Part shown: positions 25,553 to 37,705 of the stretch, one piece after another
How positions within the stretch are numbered: the stretch's first letter is position 1
How the letters are laid out: every line of letters begins with the position of its first letter
Assembly: GCF_001194135.2 (NCBI RefSeq)
Contig: NC_068989.1
Span: 48,066,922 to 48,130,921, forward strand
Reading direction: 5' to 3'
Source: Octopus bimaculoides
Lineage: Eukaryota
Length of the DNA stretch: 64,000 bases
Made by a program: the position numbers and the translations under genes
Notes under the pieces: model-generated
Database searches by the model: none
Told to the model about the DNA's origin: nothing
What the model saw: only the letters and a program-made list of their open reading frames with translations

Positions 25553-26683
25553 CATGCACTTGTTTTTCACTCTGATGGAGATGATTCGTTACCTTATTTC
25601 AAATGCCCTATGAACATGAAGAACTTCATTTTCGCATTTATTTATAGACTGCATTTTGGTAACCGATCATTAACGGTCGTAAGATATGTTACGTCACCTA
25701 CTTTGTTATGTCATGCTTTGTATTAAAAAATAAGCTATAAATGTGGTCCAATCGATGTTTGTTAATCTGTGGTTTTCTCTACATACATACATACATACAT
25801 ACATATATAAATATATATATACATACATATATACATATATATACATACATGTGTGTGTGTGTATGTGTGTGTGTGTTTCATCGCATTAATATTGTAGAAC
25901 ACGCTGATCAGTATATTTTCACAGGGAATTTTAAATATAGAAGATCATAAGAACTGTGGAAAGCGTAATCTACCGGAAGTCCTGAACTGAGGCATATATA
26001 TTGTAACAGTGCAATCTATGCAGGAGTTACACATTCATAGTTCAGATTTGCTAGCATTTCAGGTGTGAATTTAGAATTGCAATTTCTGCTACTTTACTCA
26101 AAAGATTTCAATATGATGCTACTATGGCAATCACACAGTGTTTCTCCATTATGTGTATTTATTATATTCTCGTGTTTTTCTATTCTTTTTTTTTTCTTGT
26201 ATGTTTGCTTTATTACTGTTTTATATTGTGATTTATTTAATTATATGCCTAATAAGGTGTCTGTTATTTTACTGAGCGCGGTGAGCATTGATGTGAGTAA
26301 TTGTGTTATTGACGCGGTGAAATGGTCGTACGACCATTGGAAAAACAAAACTCAAACAATACTAAAATTACGTGGGCTTTTTGGCATGTTTTTTATTTTG
26401 TTTTTGCTTTCTTTGTTTGTTTTTTATGTAATGTCACCAATTAAAACAGCGTTAAATAATTCATTCAAGACAGACATGAAGTCGCATTAATTCTGGTTTC
26501 TTTTGAATTGTCACAGATATATTAATGTTGAAACTGCCATAGATTTTTCAAGAATATTTATTACGTAGGTGAAGAAGAAAGCAGTCAAGAATCTGAAGGC
26601 TATCAGCAATCACAGCCGCCAGAGACTTACATTCTCTTTTATACTATATGCCACATAAGGCAATATCAATAGCTATTGCGTTC

Positions 26684-26900
26684 AAGGCAGCGAGCTGTCA
26701 AAATCGTTAGCATACTGGGCGAAATGCTTAGCTGTATTACGTCTGTCTTTACGCTCTAAGTTCAAATTCCGCCACGGTCGACTTTGCCTTTTATCCTTTC
26801 AGGGTCGATCAAACAAGTACCTGCTGAGCAATGCGGTCGATGTCATTGACTGACTCCTTCCCCCGAAATTGTTGGCTTTGTGCTAAAATCTGAAGCCAGT
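26684..26900 (+). mobile_element. SINE family A
   Basis: aaggcagcgagctg...aatcgttagc...gttcaaattccgcc.cggtcgactttgcc. Confidence 0.9.
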
Positions 26901-27158
26901 AGTTATTGTATTACACTGACAGAATTGGTACAGCTCTACACAAAACTGCTGAGAGTATTTTTGTGTTCCTTCTCTTTACGAGTTCAATTCTTGCCGAGAT
27001 TGAGTTTTTTAATATTTTATTCTTCTGGGCTTGATAAACCGATACATTCCATTATATGAACTGCATTTATATTCGGAATAGATATAGTTGTTGTTCGCCT
27101 CACACAAAAATGTTTGGGTCTGCGTCTGCGTTGGAAATCCCTATTATTCAGGGAATAT

Positions 27159-27379
27159 AAGGCGACGAGCTGGCAGAACCGATAGCATGCCAGACAAACT
27201 GCTTAGCGGCATTTCGTCCATATTTACGTTCAAAGTTCAAATTCCATCGAGATTGAATTTGCCTTTAAATCTTTCGGGGTTGATATTACAGGTACCAGTT
27301 AAGTACTGAGGTTGATGTAATCGACTTCCTCCTCCCCTCAAAGGTTATTGGTCCTACGCCAAAATTTGAAACCATTATT
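27159..27379 (+). mobile_element. SINE family A
   Basis: aaggcgacgagctggcagaaccgatagc...aaaatttgaaaccattatt. Confidence 0.9.
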
Positions 27380-30300
27380 GAGACAATATTATGAAAATAT
27401 TATGTAAAAACAAAATGATTCCCGACTTAGCAGGGGCTTTCATGTGATTTCAAAGTCTCCATTTAGGCTATTTCAAGTACCGTGATATATGCTTCAGAGA
27501 AATGTATGAGATTCACCTCCCAATTTTTTCGTCTTCTAAAATATAATACTAAACACTGCAGATGTCCCCAGACATCTCTAACAGCAACCAGACATCAACG
27601 TAACTAGTATTAGTAATGAATGCTGCTCGATTCTGTCTGTCAGTTTCAACAATTTTCTTTTCTTTATGTCTCTAAATACTTGAAAAAAAAGCGTCATTGC
27701 TTGGACGCCTTTGATTATAGAATGTAGATATTTGACTTAAAGCTGAATAATAAAAAAAAATAGAAATGAAGACTTGAGTATTCTTATCGTCAGTTTGAAT
27801 CCATTCGACAAACGTCTGTATGGCAGATTGTTAGATGAACTAATTACAGAAACCTAGGGTTAAATAATGACAACAACAATATTCAGAAACAACAGGATTC
27901 ATTAATAAATTATCTCTATTAAGTAGAGTCGAAAACGTCAGGCAGATTGCAGAGCTGCCGTTAAGTATCGAGGATAACTCGGTTAAAACCATAAAAAAGG
28001 TTGGAAAAATATGTTTTAGAAAATTGTCAAGAACAGAAAATACCTATCTCTGACTCACGAAATAGAAAGAATGAAAAGTGGAAAACAATCAAATTTTGCC
28101 GAATTGCAGCATCAAGAATTGGTTGGAGGAATCTGGAACTAAAAAAATAAAATAAAAACAGACTGAAACAATGAATAGCAAAGGGATTCTCGATTGGATA
28201 ATTTAAAATTCAAGAGTGTTTGTTCAATAAGAATTATATATTTGAAGTGAATGATTTAAGTGCTCCTACAGTACAGCGATAATATATTACTTTATATGAT
28301 CTCTACACAGTATTACACGACTTGTAAGAATACCAGCTAGATCTCTCTCGAACTAAATAAATTCAACCAGCTTATGGATAACAAAGTACGGAGTAGGCGA
28401 CAATAAAAGATGATTATAGATAGAATGGCTCTTGGTCATATGTCTGTCTGCTCTAACAAATCTGACCTGGAGCTCAACAACAGCAACAAAAGCAACGACG
28501 ACAACAACAGTATAGCTACAGATACATTGGGAGAAGTTACGGAAGAGAGAAATAGTACTCAATGCAAAAAAGACATTCAATGGATTAGAAAAAAGGGTAA
28601 GAAAAATAATACAATAACAATACTACATTAATACAAAAGCAGAACTAGCGTAGGTCTTGGCAAAATGTTATGGAATTTAGCACCGGAATCAAAAGTGCAA
28701 GGAACTGGAAGATCATGGAATTGATTAAGTCATCAACTTTTGGCAAACATACTTAACTAATACACGTAAAGGTGAAGTAGTAGTAGTTAATTAACTAACA
28801 AGCTCGCTTACTATGCTACACGAGAGAAACATTTGTAGAATTGATTTGCGTCTGTCTGATCTGAAAATGGCAAATGAAGAGACAACCAGGAAAATAGATC
28901 TATGTATGTGGTTAATCAAATGTGACTCTCGGAGTATCGGTAGTATGAATTGTTGCCTTTCAGTAAGTAAAGTAGCATCGCAATGCTACAGCATTTATTA
29001 TGTAGCTACAATATTTCATTTATTTGACACTGTCCAATGTGTAGAAATAAATAAGTAATATAAGATTGATGATGTAATAGAAGTGATGTAATCCAGAACA
29101 AAGTAAGGAATAATACATTATACATTTACTTAATCAGTTGTTGAAATGAGTTGCGCAATAGAAGCGTGTTGGACCCACAACTCAGAAGTCTGTAGATCGA
29201 ACCTACACTCTTCGAAGAAATGAAAGCTATTTTTTTATATATTTACACGTTGCAAAAGAGTGAACTACAAATTATATTAAGCAATAGAAATTTTACACAT
29301 CGTCGAGGTGACACCAACTGACAGGGATACGCCAAAAGCCAAATAGTGAAGTGAGCAGAAACTTTCGCTTAGTATACAGAAATACTACTGTGAACACTGA
29401 AGTGACTACTGAATGGAAATAATATCAATTCCCCCCCAAACAATAACCCTGTACCCCAAGCTAAAGTCTCTAATAACATATTTACCAGCAATATTCAAAT
29501 CACAAGTATACATTCCAACAGACTCTGATCATCGGAAAGAGTGCGAGAAAACGGTTTGTAGGAAACATCAAAAAGAGAAACAAAAGACTGAATAGTATAG
29601 TTTAATTACCGTGAAGTCTTTGACAGTAAAAAGAGAAACAAACATCTAAGATAGCCTGGCTTAATTACCGTAAAGTCTTCCACTTCATATTACACACTTT
29701 GATGTTGGAGATACTGTATGTAAAGAAAACTTCTTCAGCACTGAGAGAGTACACCAATCGTGCTATGTCAAAATAGAAAACTTCAATAATATTATAAGAT
29801 AAAGAAATTTCTAATCCACTCGACTATTCTGCCCAGACTCCGTATCATTTCCACTATTCTGTCTCGCTCTTTAGTAAGTACTTCAGTTTCTTTAAGCCAC
29901 TACTGCCACGACGTTGCTGGGGCACCACCTAATTCTACTATCAAATTTTCAGGTTCAAATTATTAGTGTTTATATATACAAAGTATGATTTAAAACTATA
30001 ATTTGCGCTAAATTTATAAGTAGAGTACTTCAGTAAGACTTTGACTATGATAGTTAAAAGAAAAAGCTTAAGTGCATACTAGAGAACTAGATAGAATAAT
30101 AAAAAAGATAAGGGGTCTAGACAGATGGCCAAGTGTATAAGAAATTTCTTACAATATCATTGAAAATGCTTTGCGTTATGTGTTCTGTTTTGTTTTTCTT
30201 TTTATGTCCTGAGCTCAAAATCGTGCAGTGGTCAACTTTGCTTTCACCCCTCACGTATCGATGAAATAAAGTTTGAGTGAAGTACTGAGATTGATGCTAT

Positions 30301-30799
30301 CGATTAATCCACTTCCTCAAATTTCAAGTCTTGCGCTTGTATTAGAAGCAAATATGATGAAGGTTTACTGTTTTCATTTAAAATTGTAAAGAAAACAATA
30401 GCAACGAAACAGAAACCTGTTCATGAATGCAGTAACGATGTAAATATATGAATGGGATTAAACAAATGTCTCGAAACTCGAAAATTAAGTGAAATTCAAA
30501 ATAGACATAGACTTAGAGATGAGATAATTATACTAGAACTACCTATATAAATACTTACTAGTAGATAAATCTGACACGGCGAACACCCAGAAATAAAGAA
30601 AATTATGTACTCCAGATGAGACACACTATCTTTTAATATAGCTACAAGAGAGAAATTTTCAGAAAGGAAAACATCGACTAAATTGACTAGTATTTGAGTG
30701 GTCTCTTATTTTATCTAAAAGAATGACATTTGATCTCAGTGGGACTTGAACTCAGAACGTAAAGAACTGGAAAATGTAATAATAATAATAATAATTTTG

Positions 30800-31290
30800 G
30801 TATAAAAGATGGGCTACAGCAAATATTCTACTCAATACCACAGATTTGCTTGTCAGTGGTTTGACCATAACCAGTTGAGTATATCCCTTAGTGGCTAGCG
30901 ATATGTGCATCTCTGATCATGAGCAGACGTAGTGGGGGAGCACCATAGTAACGTGTTTAGAGGAATTCTTTGGGATTTGAATAATTCACCCTTGAAGCAT
31001 GGGTGTTTCGTTCATCATCCTCAAACAAACCTTATTCAGGGACTTTTGAGTGGGATGGGCTACTCGTCCTGAAGAAAATTTTAACTGGGCCCCACCTACA
31101 AAGTCATGCGCTGTTTATCTTCATATAAGATCACCATGTCGCGCACATGTGGTTGTGATGTATGTGCCTGGTGTACCCTTATCAGACGGGTAGTCATGAT
31201 GGGTATATTGGACTTCGTATATTTATACCCCAGTGTCACTTTGATGGCATGAGCTGCTCTCTCACTCAATAATATTAATGATGAGGATGA
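30800..31290 (+). mobile_element. retroposon 3' region (LINE 3' UTR or SINE) with (AAT)/(GAT)n tail
   Basis: GC-richer than its flanks and ends ...gctgctctctcactc aataat...gatgatgat. I recall it as an abundant octopus repeat; no coding motif found. Confidence 0.5.
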
Positions 31291-31300
31291 TGATGATGAT

Positions 31301-31390
31301 TTCAAATTTTGGCAGAAGGCCAGCAAGTTCAACAGAGGAGATAAGTCGATTACATCGACTCTAGTACTCAACTGGTACTTATTTTATGAG
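31301..31390 (-). mobile_element. SINE family A 3' fragment
   Basis: caaattttggcagaaggccagcaag...aagtcgattacatcgac...gtactcaactggtacttatttta. Confidence 0.8.
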
Positions 31391-31431
31391 CCCTATTATC
31401 AGTTCCCATGAACTGATAATAGGGCTCATAA
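31384..31431. repeat. perfect 22-bp inverted repeat with 4-nt loop
   Basis: ttatgagccctattatcagttc-ccat-gaactgataatagggctcataa. Confidence 0.95.
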
Positions 31432-32632
31432 TGCGATACGAACCTATATTTCTTCAAACTACCAACCAGTTCATCATATCGAATCAGTTAGTATCAGGTC
31501 TCACATTTAGCATTTTTTTCTCTTTATTTTTAAATAAAAGTTTATGGATTAAATTTTAATCAAACATATATGAGATATAAAATTCCTAACATAACCGAAC
31601 AATTTGAAACCGATTCATTAAAAACTCATAATTATTTTATTTCTTTGTAGTATTTTCTGTATAACGATTATTGAATTCCTCTTTAAGTTCCAGTAGTGTC
31701 TCTAGAGAGATAGGTTTCCCCTGCAGTAAAACTCAAACTTCTAAATCTAAGTGCATCAATTTATTGAACAAGCAAAAGTGTTTATATTTATTGTTAATTG
31801 CTACATATAGAATTACAAGGAGAATGCCAGCAGGCGCAATCGCCAGACGGCTGTACTTTGTGGGTGAGGGAGCCTTGGCAGCATAAAGAGTTAGTGGAAC
31901 AGTGAGCCGAAATATCATTATAGACAATAGATGAAATACTAAGAGATGTTGTCCATAATGTCTACACACTTACCTACATATATACATGCCTATATGAGCG
32001 TTAGTGCGCGCGCGCGTGTGTGTGCGGACGTGTGTATGTTTGTTTTTTATACATATAAATATATACATATAAACAAAAATATTTAAGTATATCAACTAGA
32101 GGTGCACGAAGCAGAGTTTATTGAAATTTAAGTTTGTACAGCTATAGTTAACACGTTCATGTACACACAGACGAGAAAAGCGTTAAGACGTTCATGTACA
32201 CAGACGGGAAAAAGGACTTTCGCATTCTAAGAGCATTCTGGGGAAAATTATCCTTTCTGATATTTTCTTAACATTTTAAACATAAATGTGCGAAGGAACG
32301 ATCACTTGCAGAGATATATATATATATAAATTTATATGTATCTGCCCTAACTCTTCGAAACGCTTAGTTTTAGAATGGTGGCAGCTGATGAAGGAAATGT
32401 TCTCTATGTGGCCTGTGTGTTTTCTGTGCTTTGTTTATGTTCTATTTTTCATTTTGTCTACGTTTTGTTTGCAACGTCCTGTACCCAGATATGCATTTAT
32501 ATATACATGTAGATGTAGGTATGTACATACATGTACGTATATATTCATATATTCACATATTATTTGTATGAAATATATTTATATATATGTATATATATAA
32601 TATTAATTAACGGGTGATGGATTTGGTATTAA

Positions 32633-32700
32633 ATCTTTATTCGTTACAACATATGTTTCGAGCCATTAGTCTGGGTCTCATCAGGTACAACAATAAAGAT
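32633..32700 (-). ncRNA. minimal type I hammerhead ribozyme motif
   Basis: Minus strand: atctttattgttgtac|CTGATGA|gaccca gactaa tggctc|GAAA|c atat g T t|gtaacgaataaagat. Long bulged stem I, 6-bp stem II with one mismatch, palindromic stem III (acatatgt). Confidence 0.75.
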
Positions 32701-32824
32701 GTCTCACTACAGAATATTAATGTCGGGTGATTTGTTATATGTCCATCAAGTTACATCCAACAGAAGCGTAGTCCTATGTGTGTGTGTGTGTGTGTGTGTG
32801 CATTCCTATATATATGCGTGTGTG

Positions 32825-33025
32825 TCTGTGTTTGTCCCCACCCCCAACATCGCTTGACATCCGAGACTGTTGTGTTTACGTCCCCGTAACTTAGCGGTTC
32901 GGCAAAAGAAACCGATAGAATAAGTACTAGGTTTACAAAAAATAAGTCCTGGGGTCGATTTGCTCAACTAAAGGTGGTGCTCCTGCATGGCCGCAGTCAA
33001 ATAACTGAAGCAAGTAAAAGAGCAA
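32825..33025 (+). mobile_element. SINE family C
   Basis: gtgtttgtcccc...cgcttgac...cttagcggttcggcaaaaga.accgatagaataagtactagg...ctaaagg.ggtgctcc.gcatggccgcagtcaaat.actgaa.caagtaaaagag. Confidence 0.9.
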
Positions 33026-33317
33026 AAGAGTATATATGGTTCAAAATTGTGCAAAAACTTTAAAAAAGCAAAAAACAGAGACACGTGTAGGAGCAACAAG
33101 CAAGGTGTATTAGTTCGATTCTTAGGGAAAATAGAAGAGTCTACAGAAAGGAATGAAGATAGAATTCTTAAGGAGAGAGGGAAAAACGGTGGCTTAGTCA
33201 TCATTTATTTAGATCCTCTCGATTCTGAATTCAATTCCTTCAAATTCAATTCCTTTACTTCTCTTTTTCAATAATTAAAAATAATAAACTGGAGCGATTT
33301 CAATCAAATATATCACT

Positions 33318-33510
33318 GTGAGTTGGCAGAACCGTTAGAGCAGAGGGGAAAATACCTGGAGCTATTTCTTTTGCTTTTTGTGAGGTTCAAATCTTAGTGG
33401 TGTTAACTTTACCATTTGTTCTTTTGGGGTTGCTAAAATAAGTATCAGTCACTATGATCGATGATATCGACTAATCCCCGACCCCTCAAAATTGCTGGCT
33501 TGGTGTCCAT
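33318..33510 (+). mobile_element. SINE family A (degenerate)
   Basis: gtgagttggcagaaccgttag...ggttcaaat...gtcgatgat.tcgact...aaaattgctggc. Confidence 0.7.
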
Positions 33511-34680
33511 GATAAAAGACTTTGTTCATATATCGGCTTATCGTAGGAGTGTAACTGCGATCTTTTAGCTAAGCTAATTACATATCTCCCAAGTTGTCTC
33601 TAAGCATTTTCTGCTTAATTCTACTCATCTCTTGAATCTACACATATAGCGAGGCCATATAAGTTCAAACATATTGTTGAACTGGATTCTCATCATTCAG
33701 CTCTACCACACTTTCCCTTCCCTCCTCATAATGAAAGGCAAACATATTATTATCTTAACACTTCTTTACTACTTTATTCGTGTTTTGTTTTTATCTTTCC
33801 TTCTGTGGTAACGGGAGCGTATTTTATGCTTTCCTTCTCTACTTTCTGTTATATTTTGTTTTGTTTTAGACATGTTTTGTTTCGTGTTTTTGTAAATATA
33901 TTTATTTTAACCAATTGCAAGGGGCCAAGCCACACGGAAAAGTAATTATGTCTATTGCTCTACCAAATTAATTTCAGAGTGTAAGGTCAGGTCGAAAAGT
34001 CGTGAAAGTAATCAAATATTTTCTGTAAATCCAGATGGTGAAGGCATTCATTTCCAGTAAATAGATTATCACCGTTTAATTATCCATGGAATTCAAATCG
34101 TCGATCTTCCGCATTCCATTTTAACGTCATGACCTTTGAGCTTAAGTATTATTGCACATTTTATTTTCGTATTGTTATTGTTTTCAACGAAAAAATCAGA
34201 CCGCAGTATTAGAAACGATATTTCGTTTGTTCACAGCGCGTCCACATATTTCATATTTCTCGTGTGATTACTTCGATGTCTCTGATGGAAATCACAAATA
34301 GTCTCAACGTTTAGAGAGTAACATTACATAACATTGGAATATTGATTCCAGGCATTGGAACAAGGTGACAAACTGATACCACGGTGGACTTAGGGGTATA
34401 TTTAAAAGTAAACAAAAGCAAAGGCAGAATGAACGAAAGAGAATTCTATAAGTAAAAAAAGGCAACATCAAAAGACAAGCTCACTGCCCGTTCAGGTATT
34501 CTACCAGCTTAGTATGTCTATATATATACCTAATAATTTGTGGTACTCGGTTAGACTCCTTGTAGATTAGATATTCAATCCCTAACACTGCTTACTAAGG
34601 CTTTCGAATGTCCAGGTTAATAGAAATGTTAGTAATAATACTACATTAGATTATATAAGCCATATATTTTGTCCTATAGA

Positions 34681-34845
34681 CGCAGGTGTGGTTATGTGGT
34701 AAGAAGCTTGCTTCCCAACCACATGGTTACGGGTTCAATCCCACTGCGTAGCCCTTTGGGTAAGTGTCTACTACTATAGCCTCGGGTCGACCAAAGCCTT
34801 GTGAGTGGATTTGGTAGATGGAAACTGAAAGAAGCCCGTCGTATA
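34681..34845 (+). mobile_element. tRNA-derived SINE family B
   Basis: cgcaggtgtggttatgtggtaagaagcttgcttcccaaccacatggttacgggttcaatccc...ccttgtgagtggatttggtagatggaaactgaaagaagcccgtcgta. Confidence 0.9.
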
Positions 34846-34915
34846 CATACATATATATATATATATAAGCAATGTTAATTTTCTAAATGAAGTATTAACA
34901 GTAACTGCACGATAA

Positions 34916-35060
34916 AGTGTAGTATATTGCCACTTAAGTGTGGCTGATACACAGTAGTGTGTCGATAAGCCAGCTGGAGGAGATGTCCTCCTGGGGCTAA
35001 AAGCAACAGTAACATCCACCCCTAGGGGTCAGCCACACTTAAGTGGCAATATACTACACT
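34916..35060 (+). mobile_element. 145-bp element with perfect 32-bp terminal inverted repeats, homologous to the 39076-39545 family
   Basis: agtgtagtatattgccacttaagtgtggctga (34916-34947) is the exact reverse complement of 35029-35060. The interior gtgtgtcg..agccagctggaggagatgt..cc.gggg...cagta.ca...gccacactta matches 39387-39487. Confidence 0.8.
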
Positions 35061-35099
35061 ATATATATATATATATATAAATACATATATTTGTGTGTG

Positions 35100-35205
35100 T
35101 TTTTGTGTCTGTGTATGTCCCCACCACCTGGGGTAGATTTCTTCGACTAAAAGCGGTGCTCCAGCACGGCCGCAGTCAAATGTCTGAAACAAGTAAAAGA
35201 TAGAA
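35100..35205 (+). mobile_element. SINE family C, internally deleted
   Basis: cgactaaaagcggtgctccagcacggccgcagtcaaatgtctgaaacaagtaaaaga. Confidence 0.8.
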
Positions 35206-35622
35206 GTATAACATACAGACTATATGTTCCAACAAAAAATAAGTAGTCTAATTTTAACATTAGAAGACTCGATGGTTACCTTGTTTTACACCCACAAATA
35301 ATATTTTATATGCATATGTGTATGTATATATACATATCAAATTGACCATGCGAAAGTTTCTCTTCAATTTGCCTAGCATTCTTGTCCTTTTTCTCCTATT
35401 CCACACTTAATCACCTGTTCCTTATTCGATGTCCTTAGTAGTTCTATGCTGTTCAGTAAATATTCTAGTAGTATTTTGCTTTCCATCTGTACACACTCTT
35501 CCACAGCAAGGAATCCTCTTCCACCTTGGTCTTTCTTCAGGTGCGGCCTGTTGCAATCAGCTTTCGGATGGTGGGCTTTCTTTTCTTTCGTGTTAACTTT
35601 CGCTGTCCATTATTATTATCAA

Positions 35623-35676
<54 letters not shown>

Positions 35677-35715
35677 CATCATCATCATCATCATCATCAT
35701 TATTAATAACTATAT

Positions 35716-35941
35716 AAGGCGACGAGCCGACAGAGTCGTTGGCATGCCGACAAAATGCTTAGCGGCATTTCGGCCGGTTTTACATTCTGAGTCCAAATTC
35801 CACCGAAGTCGACTTTAATATTCATCCTTCCGGGGTCGATAAAATAAGGACCAGTTGAGCACCATGAGCACAAGGAACGATGTAATCGACTAAGCCGCAC
35901 CTCCAGAAAAAATTTCAGGCCTTGTGCCTATATTAGAAAAG

Positions 35942-35945
<4 letters not shown>
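35716..35945 (+). mobile_element. SINE family A inserted in (ATT)n/(ATC)n
   Basis: aaggcgacgagccgacagagtcgttggc...aatttcaggccttgtgcctatattagaaaagattatt. Confidence 0.9.
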
Positions 35946-35988
<43 letters not shown>

Positions 35989-36040
35989 CATTATTATTAT
36001 TATTATCATCATCATTATTATTACTATTATAGTTATTAAT

Positions 36041-36180
36041 GCGGGGAATTGGCAGAATTGTTAGCATCCCCGACCAAATGCATAGCAGCTTTTTGTTCCG
36101 TGTTTATGTTTTGAGTTCAAATTCCGCCAAGGTCGACTTTGGCTATCAACCTTTCAGGGTCGATATAAATGCCAGTTTCT
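36041..36180 (+). mobile_element. SINE family A, 3' truncated
   Basis: attggcagaattgttagc...gagttcaaattccgccaaggtcgacttt. Confidence 0.85.
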
Positions 36181-37304
36181 GCTAGTAGGAACGATTATTA
36201 TTGTTATTCCTGCTTCAAGGTTAACGAAAATTGATGCAATTCTTGGCTCTGATACATTTTGCTAGTTATTTTGCAGCTGTTGTTTGTTGNNNNNNNNNNN
36301 NNNNNNNNNNNNNNNNNNNNNNNNNNNNNNNNNNNNNNNNNNNNNNNNNNNNNNNNNNNNNNNNNNNNNNNNNNNNNNNNNNNNNNNNNNNNNNNNNNNN
36401 NNNNNNNNNNNNNNNNNNNNNNNNNNNNNNNNNNNNNNNNNNNNNNNNNNNNNNNNNNNNNNNNNNNNNNNNNNNNNNNNNNNNNNNNNNNNNNNNNNNN
36501 NNNNNNNNNNNNNNNNNNNNNNNNNNNNNNNNNNNNNNNNNNNNNNNNNNNNNNNNNNNNNNNNNNNNNNNNNNNNNNNNNNNNNNNNNNNNNNNNNNNN
36601 NNNNNNNNNNNNNNNNNNNNNNNNNNNNNNNNNNNNNNNNNNNNNNNNNNNNNNNNNNNNNNNNNNNNNNNNNNNNNNNNNNNNNNNNNNNNNNNNNNNN
36701 NNNNNNNNNNNNNNNNNNNNNNNNNNNNNNNNNNNNNNNNNNNNNNNNNNNNNNNNNNNNNNNNNNNNNNNNNNNNNNNNNNNNNNNNNNNNNNNNNNNN
36801 NNNNNNNNNNNNNNNNNNNNGAAAAAACTACAGAAGGCTTGTGTTACATGGTTAAAGTATATATTTAAATTATGTCAGAAAAATGTTATAACATTTTTTT
36901 GGTATATAAACATTGTATTTTGAAGAAATAACCGGTTTCGTGTTGTCTTTTCAAATTTCTCTACTTCATTGTAACATGTGTTCACTCCAGTGTGCAAAAA
37001 AGAGTTCTATATAGGGGGAGGTAATTAGGGATTTCTTCCGGTATAAGGGAGGTAATCGAAATGCAGGAGGTAGTAGATTTTGATTAATTTACCCTGGTTT
37101 GGTTTAGAAGGAACAGTATATTAGGTTTAGTTCTATATTTTTTTCCTTCTCAGTGGGGTATATATATATATATCGTCCGTAAACATATATCTGAAAAAAG
37201 GAGCTCACTCTAAGTTATAGAGAAGTATTTATTAAAGTTAGATAAAGCCGGTTTATGGTTTTATAGGTTTCACATCCATGAAGGTTTGACAATCTTCGAT
37301 AATC

Positions 37305-37495
37305 TTAGTTATTGTATTTGCTCTTCTTAATGCGTGTGACGCACGAGTCAAGACAATTTTTTCCACTTCCTGCATGGATGGTAATCCAAGAATCATTTTA
37401 AAATAAATTCAGTTCCTTTTTAGATCATTCCAAGTCTCCTGCTGGTATTGTAACCGTCTTGAGATTCCACATCTTTTCGATTTCTTTAGCTTGCC
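37305..37495 (-). mobile_element. R4/Dong-like non-LTR element C-terminus (restriction-like endonuclease region)
   Basis: Minus strand with frameshifts: AKEIEKMWNLKTVTIP...GMI*KGTE...ILGLPSMQEVEKIVLTRASHALRRA. This resembles the 'EI..MW....V.VIPIVIGALG...QK.VLLGTA.ILRR' terminus. Confidence 0.65.
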
Positions 37496-37498
37496 AAC

Positions 37499-37705
37499 GT
37501 GGCCACACTAAGAGAAAAAGTTTTTAATGTTCGAGGCCTGGGATCGCCCTGGAAGCAGGGGCGCCTTCTCAACGATCTCATGTTTCTAGAATTGGATATA
37601 ATAGCTGTCAATGAGAGCAAGATTTCCAATACACGCGCACTGGCCGCCATGTTCGACGGCTTTCAGATCTTTGCATCTGTTAGTCGGCCGGGAATGGCAG
37701 GTGGA
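37499..37705 (+). mobile_element. L1/Tx1-like LINE AP-endonuclease N-terminal fragment
   Basis: ORF 37499-37720 reads FNVRGLGSPWKQGRLLNDLMFLELDIIAVNESK, i.e. APE motif I (NVRGL) and motif II (D....QET). Confidence 0.75.

Larger units (their letters stand above)
22061..25626 (-). mobile_element. Penelope-like retroelement, 5'-truncated, with inverted copy of its 3' terminus
   Basis: RT and GIY-YIG remnants at 24095-25552. Terminal segments 22061-22131 and 25553-25626 are ~90% reverse complements (estimated by eye). Confidence 0.85.

Noticed and set aside
26065-26490. 141-aa hydrophobic ORF
   Set aside because: Its composition follows from T-rich low-complexity DNA; no recognisable domain or splice context.
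8615-29680. Short tandem duplications at ~8615-8650, ~13537-13566 and ~29570-29680
   Set aside because: Ordinary slippage-type duplications with no further structure.
33985-34130. TIR-like tgtaaggtcaggtcgaaaagt, possible mariner end
   Set aside because: No matching second TIR or recognisable transposase motif.
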